Shown: positions 7,836 to 15,726 of the stretch, in pieces
Numbering within the stretch: position 1 is the stretch's first letter
Layout of the letters: each line of letters begins with the position of its first letter
From: a virus
Lineage: Duplodnaviria; Caudoviricetes
IMG/VR virus record: IMGVR_UViG_3300037484_000448
Location: 1 to 26,138 of that record
Strand: one strand, 5' to 3'
DNA: 26,138 nucleotides
Program-made: the position numbers and the translations under genes
The notes under the pieces: generated by a model
Databases searched by the model: none
The model's input: the letters and a program-made list of their open reading frames with translations, nothing else
Told to the model about the DNA's origin: nothing

Positions 7836-8222
7836 ATGTGGCGGATCCCGGATGAAGCATCAGTCATCCACGACTGGCTCTATTCGACTCATAGTCTGGA
7901 CCGACGAGTGGCCGACAGCATTTTCTACCAGGCGTTGATCTTTAATGGTGTCGGTCGTTTTCAGGCCATATTGATGTGGTTGAGTGTCCGGTTGTTTGGG
8001 GCTAATGGTAGTTGTATGAGAAACCAGAGCAAAGACGAGGACAGGAGCGACCTGCTAGCCTTGCTGGAGAAGCTGGCGGCCGACGCTCAGCCGCGGACGC
8101 CCGAGGCGTGGGCGATCAGCGTGGCTGGCCTGCCGATATTGAGGGTGGCCCAGTCTCTGCCTGGGTCTCCGCCGCCGGAGCGGAAGTACGAGCAGCCGAA
8201 GAGGCGAATCAGACTGCAATAA
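7836..8222 (+). CDS. Chimeric ORF: C-terminal half of a DUF1353 domain fused to unrelated sequence (or DUF1353 remnant plus small gene from ATG 8017)
   Basis: DEASVIHDWLY...LDRRVADSIF.QAL...G.GR..A.LMWL.VRLFGA matches 12634-13134; N-terminal PAGF.TDLAS motif absent. Confidence 0.6.
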   Translation: MWRIPDEASVIHDWLYSTHSLDRRVADSIFYQALIFNGVGRFQAILMWLSVRLFGANGSCMRNQSKDEDRSDLLALLEKLAADAQPRTPEAWAISVAGLPILRVAQSLPGSPPPERKYEQPKRRIRLQ

Positions 8223-8236
8223 AGGAGGGCGGCGAT

Positions 8237-8893
8237 ATGCCGATGATGAGGCCCAGATCGAATGAGAGTCAACAGGAATTCGTCTCTAGGTTCATGGGCG
8301 ACGCTACGATGGTGCGGGATTACCCGGACCAGAAGCAGCGGGCGGCCGTGGCGTATAGCCAGTGGCGGCGAGCCAGGCGGAAGCACTTAGAGAAGGTGGT
8401 CTTGGACACGCAGAAGGTCGTCGAGAACGCCGTGGCCGAGCTGCGGGACCTGGTGGACGTCCATTGGGTGCGGAAAGACGAGTCGCTGCCCAAGTCGGAC
8501 GGGCAGTTCTCGGCGACGTGCGAGCTGTGCAAGGTGCAGGACGAGAACGAGTACACGTTCGTCTGGGGTCCAGTTCTGGTCCCGGAGTCAATGGACAAGC
8601 AGGGGGACGTGATCGCGGCGGACGAGATCGAGAAGGCGGCCCACTCGTTTCTGGAGGACTCAGGGCGACCGGGGCTGCTACACCGGGTGATGCTGGGCAA
8701 CCGGGATGCGACGGTGGTGGAGAGCGGGATCCTACGGAAGGAGTACGCGATATCGAAGGACCGGACGCTCCCGGAGGGGACGTGGGTCTTGGGCATGAGG
8801 GTCTACAACCGGAAGGTCCGGGACCTGATCATCGGCGGCAAGTTGAGGGGATTCTCGATTGGCGGGCACGGGACTGGGATCAGTGAGGAGTAA
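8237..8893 (+). CDS. XkdF-like prohead serine protease with small N-terminal ES..EF.SR.M...YPD.KQR.A domain
   Basis: AAGGAGG RBS before ATG 8237; VWGPVLVP..DKQGD...EIEKAAH.F, LLH, VVES, LPEGTWV.G, GFSIGG. Confidence 0.88.
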   Translation: MPMMRPRSNESQQEFVSRFMGDATMVRDYPDQKQRAAVAYSQWRRARRKHLEKVVLDTQKVVENAVAELRDLVDVHWVRKDESLPKSDGQFSATCELCKVQDENEYTFVWGPVLVPESMDKQGDVIAADEIEKAAHSFLEDSGRPGLLHRVMLGNRDATVVESGILRKEYAISKDRTLPEGTWVLGMRVYNRKVRDLIIGGKLRGFSIGGHGTGISEE

Positions 8894-9080
8894 CGTACAT
8901 TTGGGGACTCCGGAGGCCGCCGAGAAGAACCGCCAGGTCATGGGCCAAGCCCAGGCGGTCCTAGAGCGGCTGATGAACCAGGCGATCCTCTCGAAGCGGC
9001 GGGGGGCGGTCGCCGTCAGGGTGACGTTCAAGGAGGGGGTTCTGTCGAGCGTGCGGGAGGTGATGGAGCTAGACAGCTAG
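8883..9080 (+). CDS. Small hypothetical protein
   Basis: GC3-rich ORF overlapping the protease stop; G.V.VRVTFKEG pattern; start uncertain. Confidence 0.55.
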   Translation: MRSNVHLGTPEAAEKNRQVMGQAQAVLERLMNQAILSKRRGAVAVRVTFKEGVLSSVREVMELDS

Positions 9081-9098
9081 GGCGACCTTGGTTATAGT
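9070..9098 (+). promoter_or_regulatory. Sigma70-like promoter upstream of scaffold/capsid genes
   Basis: TAGACA (9070-9075), 17 nt, TATAGT (9093-9098). Confidence 0.55.
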
Positions 9099-9134
9099 AC
9101 GTGGAATAGAGCGTTCCTTTGGGGACAGGATAAC

Positions 9135-9163
9135 ACCCCGGCAAGCACGGCCGGGGTTTTTTT
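9135..9163 (+). terminator. Intrinsic terminator-like hairpin
   Basis: ACCCCGGC-aagcacg-GCCGGGGT followed by a T-run (7 T in total). Confidence 0.75.
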
Positions 9164-9177
9164 ATGGAGCCAAGCCG

Positions 9178-10029
9178 ATGGCCAAAGCGAAGCCGAAGCG
9201 ACGGCTGAAGAACGTCAGGGTCGAGGAGATCTCGCTGGTAGACAGCCCGGCTGTGCCGGAGTCGCAGTTCGTCGTGTGCAAGCGGGACGAGGAGCAGTCG
9301 ATAAACAAGGAGGCTGACGTGGAGGAGAAGCCGAGCGAAGTCGCGGCTGCTGAGACCGTCGCTGAGACAGTCGCCGACGAGATCGCCAAGGTCGAGGAGG
9401 CGGTCGTCGAGGTGGCCAAGGCGTCTGACTCTTGGGTCAAGGCGGTGGAGATACTCCGGGGGACGGCGATAGACATGGACCCGTCCGGCTTGGAGATGCT
9501 GGCCAACGTCATGCGGTACACGATGTACCGCTACGGAGATGACGAGTCGGTGCGGGAGAAGCTGGCTAAGATGGGCGTCGAGCCGGGCGAGTACGACGAG
9601 GACGCGGACGACATCGAGAAGGCTCTGAAGGTGATCGGGCCGACGAACTTCTCGAAGATCGACTCGGCGGCGGAGACGATCATCACGGCGGCTCAGTCGA
9701 TCCGAGACGTAGCCAAGGCTGCCAAAGAGATCAAGAAAGCCGAAGACGGCGGCGAGTCGGTGGAAGTGACAAAGGAGTGCGAACCGGTCGTGGTCGAGCC
9801 GCAGGAAGTGGTGCACGACACGCCGGTCGTCAGGGATGTCGAGCCTCGGCCTTTAGACATGATGTCGGAGGCCGAGGCTGTTTTCAAGGAGCGCCTGCAG
9901 CGGTCAGAGACCGAGCAGGCTGATGGAGTGATAGCCGGACTCGGGCGCGTGTCCGAGCGGCTGCAGCAGATCGAACAACGCCAGGCCGCCTTCGCCGAAG
10001 GACTCAAGCTGGCAAGAGGCAAAGTGTAA
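9178..10029 (+). CDS. Capsid scaffold-like protein with N-terminal protease-type EISLVDxPA motif
   Basis: GGAG RBS before ATG 9178; RRLKNVRVEEISLVDSPAV; Glu/Ala-rich coiled coil; directly precedes capsid gene. Confidence 0.75.
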   Translation: MAKAKPKRRLKNVRVEEISLVDSPAVPESQFVVCKRDEEQSINKEADVEEKPSEVAAAETVAETVADEIAKVEEAVVEVAKASDSWVKAVEILRGTAIDMDPSGLEMLANVMRYTMYRYGDDESVREKLAKMGVEPGEYDEDADDIEKALKVIGPTNFSKIDSAAETIITAAQSIRDVAKAAKEIKKAEDGGESVEVTKECEPVVVEPQEVVHDTPVVRDVEPRPLDMMSEAEAVFKERLQRSETEQADGVIAGLGRVSERLQQIEQRQAAFAEGLKLARGKV

Positions 10030-10047
10030 CCCCAAGGAGGTGCTGTC

Positions 10048-11553
10048 ATGGCTGATGAAGCCACCACCACTACGGCCAGCGCTGACGTGAAGAAGCAGGC
10101 CGTGACGCTCGTCGACACGATTGAGAAGATCAGCGGAAGGCTGGACGCGATCAGCGGTCAGCAAGACAAGTTGGCCAAGGATCTGGAAGAGGCGAAGAAG
10201 CCTCAGTATCCAGCCGGAGCGCCGTACGTGCGGCGAGGCGAGGATCCGATGTCCAGCCGGCCGTACTCGATGATGAGGATGGCCATGGCCCTGCGGAAGC
10301 GGCAGGACCAAGACATGGACTGGAACTACAGCGCCAAGATGGAGCTTGACCTGTCGAAGCGGCTCAAAACCGCGTACCACCAGACGATGGGCTATGCGGC
10401 CGCAGGCGAGCTGATCCCGCTAGGCACGGACCTGATGCCGACCGAGTGTCGCGAGGTGGTCGACAAGGAGAGCGGGAAGACGTTCATCCAGCCGGGCTTG
10501 GACGCCAAGCTCGTCAAGGAGTGCCGCGACGCCATGCACGGCTCGCTGGCCTCGTTCGACCCGAGCGAGCTGGAGCACCTGGAGAAGCAGGGGCTGGCTT
10601 TCCTGCGGAAGGACATGTCGGCCAACGTGGCGACCACGGGCGGGACGTTCGTGGCGTTCGCCAGCCAGGGCGAGCTGATCGACCTGCTGAGGGGGATCGA
10701 GGTCTTCTCTCGGGCTGGGGCCCAGGAGATCGACCTGCCGCCGCAGGGCTCGATACGGTTCCCGCGTGTGACGAGCGGCGTGACGATCAGCGCCTATGCC
10801 GAGGCGGCCACGGTCACCGAGTCGACGCCTGGCACTGGGCACTTGCTCCTGCAGGCAAAGAAGTACGCCGGGCTGGTGGACATCCCCGAGGAGTTGCTGA
10901 AGTTCTCGACGAGCGTCGCAGTGGAGACTTGGCTGCGGAGCGAGTTCGTCCGCGACATCGGGCTGCAGGTGGACGCCGACATGATCGCCGGCAACGGCGG
11001 GACGGCCATCCAGGGCTGCATCAACTACACCGGAAGCCGAGTCGTGCTGGCGACCACGGTGGCCGCCCAAGGCAACACCCTGGAGGCCCAGGACCCGATG
11101 CGGCTCTACGCGGACATCGCGGACCAGAACGCTCCGGTCGATCGCGGGTTCTTCTTCGCTTTGCGGAACACGCTCTGGGGCGGGATCTGCACCAGGCGAG
11201 CGAGCGAGATCGTCGCGGCCGACGCACTCGGCTCGTTCGTGTTCGCCGTGGGCACGAACCAGGCTGGCGGAGGCAAGATCACCCAGACACTCAACGGGCA
11301 TCTGGTGATCACGAGCACCCAAGTTCCGGCCAATCGGCTTAAGGGTGCGGCGACGACGCTAACGATGCTCCTAGGCGGCGTCGGGGCAGAATGGCTGATC
11401 GCACGTGCTGGCGTAATCGAATTCTCGATGACGAACAGCGACGCGAGCAAGTTCGTGACGGGTCTCTCGACGATGCGGGGGACCATGTTCATCGATGCGG
11501 GCCCGCGACACGAGCAGTCGTTCGGCATGATCGACGATCTGCTCAACGCGTAA
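10048..11553 (+). CDS. Major capsid protein, HK97 fold
   Basis: AAGGAGGT RBS; GGTFV...ELIDLLR, FPRVTSG...YAEA..TES.P....L.AKK...V.IPEELL, D..MIAGNG; N-terminal delta-like extension. Confidence 0.95.
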   Translation: MADEATTTTASADVKKQAVTLVDTIEKISGRLDAISGQQDKLAKDLEEAKKPQYPAGAPYVRRGEDPMSSRPYSMMRMAMALRKRQDQDMDWNYSAKMELDLSKRLKTAYHQTMGYAAAGELIPLGTDLMPTECREVVDKESGKTFIQPGLDAKLVKECRDAMHGSLASFDPSELEHLEKQGLAFLRKDMSANVATTGGTFVAFASQGELIDLLRGIEVFSRAGAQEIDLPPQGSIRFPRVTSGVTISAYAEAATVTESTPGTGHLLLQAKKYAGLVDIPEELLKFSTSVAVETWLRSEFVRDIGLQVDADMIAGNGGTAIQGCINYTGSRVVLATTVAAQGNTLEAQDPMRLYADIADQNAPVDRGFFFALRNTLWGGICTRRASEIVAADALGSFVFAVGTNQAGGGKITQTLNGHLVITSTQVPANRLKGAATTLTMLLGGVGAEWLIARAGVIEFSMTNSDASKFVTGLSTMRGTMFIDAGPRHEQSFGMIDDLLNA

Positions 11554-11571
11554 GAAACACCAGTTGGCCCA

Positions 11572-11605
11572 CCCAGCCGCCGGGTCACCACGCCTGGCAG
11601 CTGGG
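11572..11605 (+). other. GC-rich hairpin after capsid gene
   Basis: CCCAGCCGCCGGG / CCTGGCAGCTGGG, 13-position stem with one mismatch and one GU; no U-tract. Confidence 0.55.
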
Positions 11606-11648
11606 AGGCCGCTGGGCAAAACCATCAAAGACGGCGAGAGATAAAGAT

Positions 11649-12116
11649 ATGGCCAAGCAAGGGACGATGAAAAACACGGCCGCACTGTTGTGTGCGGAGG
11701 CGAGAGAGTTGGAGTACGTCGAGGAGGACTCGACCTATTACGTGACGATCCAACTCGGGGCCGCGATGCGGTGGCGGCAGTACGCTGGCGGGAGATGGCG
11801 GCAGGACGACACGGTTCGTTTGGATCGGCCGGGCGACAAGGCGTACAGGCATGAGCCTGCGATCTACGAGCGGATCGGTCCGTTCTCTGGCCGCATGACC
11901 AACGGGCTGATCGGTCAGCACAATCGCTGGCGGGAGAAGAACGCAAGCCGAGAGTCGGGGGGTGAGATCCAGCATCAGATCTTGGTCCTGGCCACAGAAG
12001 AGACAACGGACGATGCCGTTGACAGCGCCAACAAGGCGATGAAGTTCGAGCGCATGATCAGGAACATCGTCCGGGAGACGGTGGTCGCGGTCATGGGCGA
12101 GTTGACGAAGAAGTGA
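11649..12116 (+). CDS. Hypothetical protein
   Basis: Likely start ATG 11649 (MAKQGTMK...); GC3-rich; between capsid and decoration-like gene. Confidence 0.7.
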   Translation: MAKQGTMKNTAALLCAEARELEYVEEDSTYYVTIQLGAAMRWRQYAGGRWRQDDTVRLDRPGDKAYRHEPAIYERIGPFSGRMTNGLIGQHNRWREKNASRESGGEIQHQILVLATEETTDDAVDSANKAMKFERMIRNIVRETVVAVMGELTKK

Positions 12117-12160
12117 CAAGGCCGGCGATCAAAGCCGGCAGATGACACAAGGAGGAAGAC

Positions 12161-12556
12161 ATGCCAGCGGGTGGAGCAAACCTACAGGGGCTGTTCACGG
12201 TCGGACAGTCGATCGCGCCGCAGACGGCGGCGGCGACTCTGACCGGTACGGGGATCGATTTCCAGGACTGCGGGCCGGAGATCACGGTCTGTGAGTGTAT
12301 CGGGGTGAACCCAGGCAACGACACGACCCTGATCACGACGGTGCAGGAGTCGGACGACAATGGGGTCTTGGACGCGTACGCAGCCATCACGGGCGCGACG
12401 ATGACGACCGTGGCCGGAGATACGGAGAATCAGGTATCGGCCACGACGTTCTACAACAGGGCCGCGAGGTACTGCCGGGCGGTGATGACGGTTGCCGGAA
12501 CGTCGCCGACGGCGATCGTGTGCGTTCTCCTGGCTTGCAGGAGAGTCAGTTTCTAA
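12161..12556 (+). CDS. Putative capsid decoration/cement protein
   Basis: AAGGAGG RBS; Thr/Ala/Gly-rich beta pattern G.GID...VQESDD.....ITGA...RY.R.V.TVAG, typical of small genes downstream of capsid genes. Confidence 0.7.
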   Translation: MPAGGANLQGLFTVGQSIAPQTAAATLTGTGIDFQDCGPEITVCECIGVNPGNDTTLITTVQESDDNGVLDAYAAITGATMTTVAGDTENQVSATTFYNRAARYCRAVMTVAGTSPTAIVCVLLACRRVSF

Positions 12557-12577
12557 TCTTCGGTTCGCTGAGTCGAT

Positions 12578-12618
12578 AGAGCCCCGATCCCAATGGCGGG
12601 GTCGGGGCTCTTGTGTTT
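12578..12618 (+). terminator. Intrinsic terminator ending the head operon
   Basis: 14-bp stem AGAGCCCCGATCCC / GGGGTCGGGGCTCT then TGTGTTT. Confidence 0.75.
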
Positions 12619-12633
12619 GGGGGACGGCGGCTC

Positions 12634-13134
12634 ATGGCGAAGTTCCTCGATGAACTGGTGTACACGAGGACCGGCAAGAAGCACGGCGGCCGGCCGGTGT
12701 TCCGCCTGACGTTCGACTTCCGGTTCAACTACGGAACCGATGAGTATCCTGCTGTCGTCACGGTTCCGGCGGGATTCGAGACAGACCTGGCGAGCGTGCC
12801 CAGAATCCTATGGTCATTCATCGCACCATGGGAGGCCGACGAGGCAGCGATCATCCATGATTGGTTGTACCATCGACGCCGGCTGGACCGCCGCGTCGCG
12901 GACAGCATCTTTCGTCAGGCCCTCGTGCTGTGTGGGATCGGCCGCATTCATGCAGCATTGATGTGGCTGGGCGTGCGACTGTTCGGGGCCTATTGGTATT
13001 GGGGCAAGGGCGGCGAAGAGGACGTCGCGGCGAACATAGCAAGTGAAGCAAAGGTTGAAGCAAAGGCCGAAGCAAAGGCGGAGACTGAGATAGCGGCGGA
13101 CGTGGCGGCATCGCAAGACAGAGAGACGTGGTAG
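12634..13134 (+). CDS. DUF1353 domain protein
   Basis: VPAGFETDLASVPR..W...P.....AAIIHDWLY...R..AD..F..AL...G; C-terminal EAKx repeat (12-bp unit x3, 13045-13080). Confidence 0.88.
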   Translation: MAKFLDELVYTRTGKKHGGRPVFRLTFDFRFNYGTDEYPAVVTVPAGFETDLASVPRILWSFIAPWEADEAAIIHDWLYHRRRLDRRVADSIFRQALVLCGIGRIHAALMWLGVRLFGAYWYWGKGGEEDVAANIASEAKVEAKAEAKAETEIAADVAASQDRETW

Positions 13135-13136
13135 CC

Positions 13137-13487
13137 ATGACATGGAAGCAGATCACGGCATGGGTTGGCGGGGTCGGGACGTTTGTCGTCTCAGCGTTGG
13201 GCTACATCGTGAGCGTCGAGACGCGGCTGAGCGAATACAAACAAGGTCTGCAACTGAATGATCGGGTGATAAACATCGAGCAGATGCTCTATCCGGCATT
13301 GGTAGAGATCGGAGTATGGAAGAAGATGCAGGAACACCAGTGGACGCCGCCAACGCCATCGTTGACTCCTGAGCCGGAGGCGGATGTAGACAATCGAGAC
13401 ATCCGCCGAGAGGTAGAGCAGTCGGTCGAGGGCCTCATCAAGAGGTCTTCGCCGAAGTTCGACAGACGAGATGCGAAGAAGTTTTGA
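13137..13487 (+). CDS. Membrane-anchored hypothetical protein (1 N-terminal TM)
   Basis: ITAWVGGVGTFVVSALGYIV hydrophobic stretch followed by polar domain. Confidence 0.7.
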   Translation: MTWKQITAWVGGVGTFVVSALGYIVSVETRLSEYKQGLQLNDRVINIEQMLYPALVEIGVWKKMQEHQWTPPTPSLTPEPEADVDNRDIRREVEQSVEGLIKRSSPKFDRRDAKKF

Positions 13488-13489
13488 GA

Positions 13490-13520
13490 CAACTTATTCA
13501 GTTTTTGATAATAGTTGCAA
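13490..13520. repeat. AT-rich imperfect palindrome, copy 2 (inverted relative to 5495-5524)
   Basis: CAACTTATTCAGTTTTTGATAATAGTTGCAA; overlaps a TTGAGA-17-GATAAT promoter-like pattern (13484-13512). Confidence 0.7.
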
Positions 13521-13558
13521 CATAGTGTAGGTCTTAAAGTTACGCGAAAGGATGTGAT

Positions 13559-13876
13559 ATGTGTGGTAAGTGGATGTGTGTGTTGATCATGGTCGTAATG
13601 TGCTCTGCGGCGAACGGCCAGCAAGTGGACGAAGTGGTGGTTCCGACTCCTTTTGTGGGTGCTCCTCCGGTGCTGTTGGCCCCTTCAGTCTATGCAGCGC
13701 CCGTGATGGTGGCTCCGCCGGTGTATGCACCGCCAGTGATGATTCGGCCTCCGGTCTACGGCTACCCGTACGTGACTCGGACGCGATACTGGACGCCGCT
13801 GCGGGACTTCTTGTTCGGTACACATCGAGTGCATTACGTGCCTTACGTTGTTCCAGATCAGGGAGTTAGACCATGA
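13559..13876 (+). CDS. Secreted Pro/Val/Tyr-rich small protein
   Basis: Signal peptide ending SAANG; 11-aa PxVYAxPVM repeats; C-terminal YWTPLRDFLFG. Confidence 0.75.
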   Translation: MCGKWMCVLIMVVMCSAANGQQVDEVVVPTPFVGAPPVLLAPSVYAAPVMVAPPVYAPPVMIRPPVYGYPYVTRTRYWTPLRDFLFGTHRVHYVPYVVPDQGVRP

Positions 13877-14049
13877 CCATCGACTTCTTGTTTTGGCTGT
13901 TGATGATTCTGTGGCTTTTGTTCGGACTGTACTGGAACCGAACTTCTATTCAGGGTGGGAACTACGGGATCGTCGGCGGCAACCTGCTGCTATGGATTCT
14001 TCTGGCGCTTTTGGGATGGAAGACCTTCGGATTCATCATCCAGAGTTGA
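13873..14049 (+). CDS. Small 2-TM membrane protein (holin-like), 58 aa, not in ORF track
   Basis: Own translation: MTIDFLFWLLMILWLLFGLYWNRTSIQGGNYGIVGGNLLLWILLALLGWKTFGFIIQS; ATGA overlap; GGGAG RBS. Confidence 0.8.
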   Translation: MTIDFLFWLLMILWLLFGLYWNRTSIQGGNYGIVGGNLLLWILLALLGWKTFGFIIQS

Positions 14050-14052
14050 TGC

Positions 14053-14706
14053 ATGAAACGCATCCACAAGGCATTCGGTCGGCGATTCGCTCCCGACAAG
14101 CGGGACATGAAGTACCGATTGGCGAAGCCCAAGACCGAGCGAAAGCGTCGCTATTGGCGGAACTACTGGAAGGACGCGAACCAGGGAGAGGAGCCCGCAT
14201 GTGTGGGCTACGCCTGCGCGGGTTGGCTCGACTCGCAGCCGATCAGGCAGTGGATCGACCCGTTGTGGGTCTATCGGATTGCAACGTACATCGACGAATG
14301 GCCCGAAGAAGACTGGGAGAACTCCGAGGGCACGAGCGTCCGTGCTGGCATGACGTTGCTCGCGAATCTCGGGTTCATCAAGGAGTATCGATGGGAGACG
14401 ACCGTCAAGCGGCTACTCCCGCACATGCTGGAGGTGAGCCCGATCGTACTGGGGACGAACATCTACACGGGCATGTGCAAGCCGGACGCGAGGAACTTCA
14501 TCGCACCGACCGGAAAGATCGAGGGCGGACATGCCTATCTGTGGGATGGCGTGGACGTCGTGAAGGGCGTGGCCAGGATGAAGTACTGCTGGACGGATGC
14601 TTGGGGCGACAACGGGCACGTCTGGATGAAGCTAGACGACCTGGATCGTCTGCTGAAGGAAGAAGGAGAAGCCTGTGCCGGCATTGAACAGAAACCCGCT
14701 GCCTAA
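14053..14706 (+). CDS. Papain-like cysteine peptidase (C1 family)
   Basis: NQGEEPACVGYA (oxyanion Gln, catalytic Cys), GTSVRAG, GGHAYL (His), YCWTDAWGDNG (NSWG..WG..G motif with Asn replaced). Confidence 0.85.
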   Translation: MKRIHKAFGRRFAPDKRDMKYRLAKPKTERKRRYWRNYWKDANQGEEPACVGYACAGWLDSQPIRQWIDPLWVYRIATYIDEWPEEDWENSEGTSVRAGMTLLANLGFIKEYRWETTVKRLLPHMLEVSPIVLGTNIYTGMCKPDARNFIAPTGKIEGGHAYLWDGVDVVKGVARMKYCWTDAWGDNGHVWMKLDDLDRLLKEEGEACAGIEQKPAA

Positions 14707-14731
14707 GCAGCCAATCACGAGGAGTGTAGTT

Positions 14732-15019
14732 GTGCCAGAAGTGAAAGCGGAAGGTGCAGTCGAGAAGACGTACAAGATCAGTTTCGGCGCCATGGTCGGA
14801 CGATGTGACATTGCGAAAGACATGTACATCGACGGCCTGCAGTACCTGAACCTCTCCTACCCAAATCTCGTCATGATCGAGGCGGTGGGGAAGCAGGTTC
14901 TTGATACAGCTTTGCCTGAACTGCGAGAGGCTCTGCTGAAGATGGGGTTCTCGATGGTGGAGTCCACCGGGACTGAAGAGGAGAAGGCCCAGCTGAGGAC
15001 CTTAGCGAAGCCGAAGTGA
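14732..15019 (+). CDS. Hypothetical protein
   Basis: GAGGAG RBS before GTG 14732. Confidence 0.7.
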   Translation: MPEVKAEGAVEKTYKISFGAMVGRCDIAKDMYIDGLQYLNLSYPNLVMIEAVGKQVLDTALPELREALLKMGFSMVESTGTEEEKAQLRTLAKPK

Positions 15020-15103
15020 TTCGTTGATGACTATTTGAGTTGCGGAAACATATTGAAAGGACTAAAGATGAATGGCAAAGAATCAGGAAAGAAGTTTGGG
15101 AAC

Positions 15104-15406
15104 ATGAAGACTATCGCGAAGGTGCAAGAGAAGGGAGATCGTCAGGAGCACGGACGCCGCGTGGTGAAGATGGACTTCGGCGGCCAGGCAGAGGGGTTCG
15201 GCGAATTCGAGTGCAACATGAAGTGGCGGCTCGAAACCGCTGAGATGGCTCAGGTCGTGGCGTCGCAGGCTGCGGCAGCTGAATCGATTCTCGACAACCT
15301 TGTCATCGAGCCGACGGCCGCTGGGATGGAGATGTACACCACAACGGTGGCGAAAATCTTCGCCGATCTGCTCACGGCGATCGCTACCCAATCTGGGCTT
15401 AAGTAA
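15104..15406 (+). CDS. Hypothetical protein
   Basis: GC3-rich from MKTIAKVQEK; start could be 15068 or 15104. Confidence 0.65.
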   Translation: MKTIAKVQEKGDRQEHGRRVVKMDFGGQAEGFGEFECNMKWRLETAEMAQVVASQAAAAESILDNLVIEPTAAGMEMYTTTVAKIFADLLTAIATQSGLK

Positions 15407-15417
15407 GGAAAGGCAAA

Positions 15418-15594
15418 ATGCTTCACGATAGGCCGCCGACGTGGAATGAACGTACGTGGCTGCCCACGTATCCTTGGTTGTGTGAGTTCGACATGCAGCG
15501 TGCCGAGGATGAGGCCAAGATGCGGGAAGAACAGCGGCAGAAAGCTGCGCAACAGAACGTGTTGTTGGCATTGATGAAGACAGCCCAGCTATGA
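15418..15594 (+). CDS. Hypothetical protein, 58 aa, not in ORF track
   Basis: AAGGAAAGG upstream; MLHDRPPTWNERTWLPTYPWLCEFDMQRAEDEAK... Confidence 0.55.
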   Translation: MLHDRPPTWNERTWLPTYPWLCEFDMQRAEDEAKMREEQRQKAAQQNVLLALMKTAQL

Positions 15595-15692
15595 CTTGCG
15601 AATACGGTCGCAACAATTTCTCTCCTGCAACCGCGGGGGAGCGGATTGAAACTGATTACCGGGTGTAACGTTCTGAAGAAACGAGCCCGTAT

Positions 15693-15714
15693 GTGACCGC
15701 CGGGCAAGGCCCGG
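15693..15714 (+). repeat. 22-bp intergenic direct repeat, copy 2
   Basis: Exact match to 1918-1939; followed by GAGGT RBS and ATG 15727. Confidence 0.9.
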
Positions 15715-15726
15715 CTGAGGTGCAAG

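Noticed and set aside
9028-11591. Long antisense or alternate-frame ORFs over scaffold and capsid (9028-9816, 10420-11322, 10446-11342)
   Set aside because: Expected GC3 shadows with Arg/His/Leu-rich composition and no domain motifs, unlike the 6578-7438 ORF
13848-14687. 279-aa ORF spanning the membrane protein and peptidase
   Set aside because: Better explained by 13873-14049 and 14053-14706, which have coupling signals and motifs
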